58,673 nucleotides of DNA from Alphaproteobacteria bacterium (GTDB lineage: Bacteria; Pseudomonadota; Alphaproteobacteria; Bin95), in NCBI GenBank assembly GCA_022826185.1, contig JAJDVH010000011.1, forward strand, positions 1-58,673, in the 5' to 3' direction. The notes under the pieces are model-generated. The model ran no database searches and was not told the DNA's origin. It saw nothing but the letters and a program-made list of their open reading frames with translations. Both the position numbers and the translations under genes were made by a program. Shown here piece after piece: positions 56,413-58,673 of the stretch; position 1 is the stretch's first letter, and each line of letters starts with the position of its first letter.

Positions 56413-57963
56413 ATGGGCTGGTCCCGCGAGATTGAGGATATTCACGCCAAGCGCCGCGCGGCGCTGGAACAGGGCGGCGCGGAGGCGGTGGCGCGCCAGC
56501 ACGCGCAGGGCCGGCTGACCGTCCGCGAGCGCATCGACGGGCTCGTCGATCCCGGCGCCTTCCGCGAGCACGGACGCGGGGCCGGCGGGGCCGAGCGCGA
56601 TGCCGACGGCGCGCTCAAGAGCTTCACGCCGGCCAATTTCGTGGTCGGACTGGGGCGCATCGACGGCCGGCCGGTGGTTGTCGGCGGCGAGGATTTCACC
56701 GTGCGCGGCGGCTCCCCGAACGCGGCGGGCCTGCGCAAGAGCGTCTATATCGAGGATCTGGCGCTGCAATACCGTGTGCCTCTGATCCGCCTGCACGAGG
56801 GCGGCGGCGGCAGCGTCACCGGGGCCGGCGGCGGCGGCCCGGTCGGCGAGGCGGTCTATGCGCCGCGCCGGTTCGCCTCGGTGGCCGAGTGCATGGGCGT
56901 CGTGCCGGTGGCGACGGCGGCCCTGGGCCCGGTTGCGGGGCTGCCGGCATCCCGGCTTGTCGCCGCGCATTTCTCGGTGATGTCGAAGGAAAACGCGCAA
57001 GTGCTGATCGCGGGTCCGGCGGTCGTCAAGCGGGCGCTCGGCGAAGACGTGACCAAGGAAGAGCTGGGCGGCGTCCAGGTGCATGCGAAGAGCGGCGCCA
57101 TCGACAATATCGCCGAGGACGAGGCCGACGCGCTCGCGCAGATCAGGCGTTTCCTCTCCTATCTCCCGCAGAATGCCTGGCAGGTGCCGGCCCGCGCCGG
57201 GACGGACGACGACCCGGCCCGCGCCGAAGAGGCGCTGCGCAGCATCGTGCCGGAGGACCGCCGCAAGTTCTTTAACATGCGCCGGGCCATCTCGCTGATC
57301 GTGGACCGCGACTCCATGTTCGAGATGTCGCGCCAGTACGGGCCTGGGCAGGTCACCATGCTGGCCCGGCTGAACGGCTATCCGGTCGGCGTGTTTTCCA
57401 ACGATGCGCGCTTCTATGCGGGCGCCATGACGGCGGACGGCGCGCGCAAGGCCAGGCGCTTCATCGAGTTCTGCGAGACCTTCAACCTGCCGATCGTGAG
57501 CTTCGTGGACGAACCCGGTTTCATGATCGGCAGCCAGGCGGAGCAGGAGGGCGCCATCCGCGCCGGCACCGCCGCCGTGCTGGCGGCCGCCACCTGCCGG
57601 TCGCCCTGGGCATCGGTCATCGTGCGCAAGTCCTTTGGCGTCGCCCAGGGCGCGCATTACGGCCCCGGCGCCTATGTCCTCGGCTGGCCCTCGGCGGAGA
57701 TGGGCGCCCTGCCGCTCGAAGGCGGCGTCGCCGTGGCCTTCGGGCGCGAAATCGCGGCCGCGGACGATCCTGAGGCGAAGCGCGCCGAGATCGAGGCGCG
57801 CATGGCTGCGACGCTGTCCCCTGCCCGCCGCGCGGAGAGCTTTTCCATGCACGAGCTTATCGACCCCCGCGAGACCCGCGCCATGCTCTGCGAGTGGATC
57901 GAATGGAGCCAGCCGCGGCTCGAAACCCAATGCGGCCCCTCCCGCTTCGCCATCCGCCCGTGA
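56413..57963 (+). CDS. Acyl-CoA carboxylase carboxyltransferase subunit
   Basis: GRLTVRERI, DFTVRGGS, AGPAVV, EELGG and FVDEPGFMIG motifs. Confidence 0.92.
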   Translation: MGWSREIEDIHAKRRAALEQGGAEAVARQHAQGRLTVRERIDGLVDPGAFREHGRGAGGAERDADGALKSFTPANFVVGLGRIDGRPVVVGGEDFTVRGGSPNAAGLRKSVYIEDLALQYRVPLIRLHEGGGGSVTGAGGGGPVGEAVYAPRRFASVAECMGVVPVATAALGPVAGLPASRLVAAHFSVMSKENAQVLIAGPAVVKRALGEDVTKEELGGVQVHAKSGAIDNIAEDEADALAQIRRFLSYLPQNAWQVPARAGTDDDPARAEEALRSIVPEDRRKFFNMRRAISLIVDRDSMFEMSRQYGPGQVTMLARLNGYPVGVFSNDARFYAGAMTADGARKARRFIEFCETFNLPIVSFVDEPGFMIGSQAEQEGAIRAGTAAVLAAATCRSPWASVIVRKSFGVAQGAHYGPGAYVLGWPSAEMGALPLEGGVAVAFGREIAAADDPEAKRAEIEARMAATLSPARRAESFSMHELIDPRETRAMLCEWIEWSQPRLETQCGPSRFAIRP

Positions 57964-58029
57964 TCGGCCTCCGGTTCGCGTAACGCCTGATCCGTTCGTG
58001 TTGAAACGGCCCCGTTCACATAACCTCAA

Positions 58030-58068
58030 CCGTCACCCCGGACGGAGCGGAGCGAAGATCCGGGGTCC
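58030..58068. repeat. REP-like palindromic element
   Basis: CCGTC-ACCCCGGA-CGGAGCGGAGCGAAGA-TCCGGGGT-CC, an 8-bp stem typical of alphaproteobacterial intergenic repeats. Confidence 0.65.
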
Positions 58069-58159
58069 GGGGCGACGGTTGGGGGTGGCTCCGCCTGTCC
58101 CTGCTGCCGGCGTTTCAAGAAAAATCTCCGGCAGTTTCATTTTTTGTTCCCGTGCGGGC

Positions 58160-58186
58160 TTGACATTTGGCGGTATGGTGTAGAAT
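58160..58186 (+). promoter_or_regulatory. Sigma70-like promoter
   Basis: TTGACA-N15-TAGAAT; the spacer is short. Confidence 0.35.
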
Positions 58187-58657
58187 GAAAGTAGAGAGAG
58201 GCGGCTTCCGGGGCCGCCTTTCGGCGTTTCTGCAGAAAGCGACCGGCTGGGGACCGAAAAAGCCCCCGGCGTGAGCAAGCGCGAGAGGTGCGTGCGCCGT
58301 CTCGCGCGCGCAATCAGGTGCGCGAACCGCGCCGGCGCCGACACCCGCCCGCGCCCGCACGCGAAACGCGCGCAAAACAGGGACGCCCGTCCCGCCCTTT
58401 GCCCGAAAGGAGATGGCATGAATGGGGAGTGAACGGTCGGGCTCCCGTCGCCATGCTGGGCGTTGGGAGAGGCGGATAGGTGACAGGTTGCATTCGTGCG
58501 GTAGGGCTCTCGACCCTGTAAAGGAGATTAATCCGCGCCTGTTTCCGAACGACCCTGGTGAGGCCCGGAGATCGCCGGTGACCTCGTATAGGAGTTTGGC
58601 TCGGCCGTTCACGCCCCGCGCGGGGCTCCGCCTCCCGCCAACAGGAGGATGTTAGCC

Positions 58658-58673
58658 ATGGTCCATATCGGTG
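58658..58673 (+). CDS. Start of an unidentified gene truncated by the window end
   Basis: AGGAGG RBS followed by ATG GTC CAT ATC GGT. Confidence 0.5.

Overview
High-GC alphaproteobacterial (Rhodospirillales-like) chromosomal segment that very probably spans the replication terminus. A near-canonical 28-bp XerCD dif site lies at 7272-7299, inside the linker of an in-frame metallo-beta-lactamase/MazG fusion ORF, and KOPS-type octamers downstream point towards it. Conserved backbone blocks are mltB-rlpA-dacA-tmk-holB-metG-tatD-MBL/mazG, tRNA-Ser(TGA), frnE/mfd-sdhE/recG, ntrB-ntrC-ntrY-ntrX-trkA-dat-HAD-hfq-hflX and ispDF-pgpA-cinA. About 18 kb of accessory genes lie between mltB and tRNA-Ser. 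The best candidate for an undescribed system is at 17797-27356: two paralogous Ddl-like ATP-grasp ligases lacking the D-Ala site, an orphan periplasmic binding protein, an MFS transporter fused behind a sensor+HAMP module, a double-sensor HAMP-PP2C phosphatase, and two small output-less membrane proteins each translationally coupled to one of the large ones. Four of these proteins share one extracytoplasmic domain, which suggests a make/export/sense signalling circuit (inference). Also present: an LLM/MaoC/CoA-transferase/CoA-ligase operon, an intact BrnT-BrnA module where dusB normally sits, a decayed brnT-brnA remnant, a Uma2 gene with a partial duplicate, a hendecad-repeat membrane protein and REP-like repeats. 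All calls come from reading motifs by eye; no searches were run.
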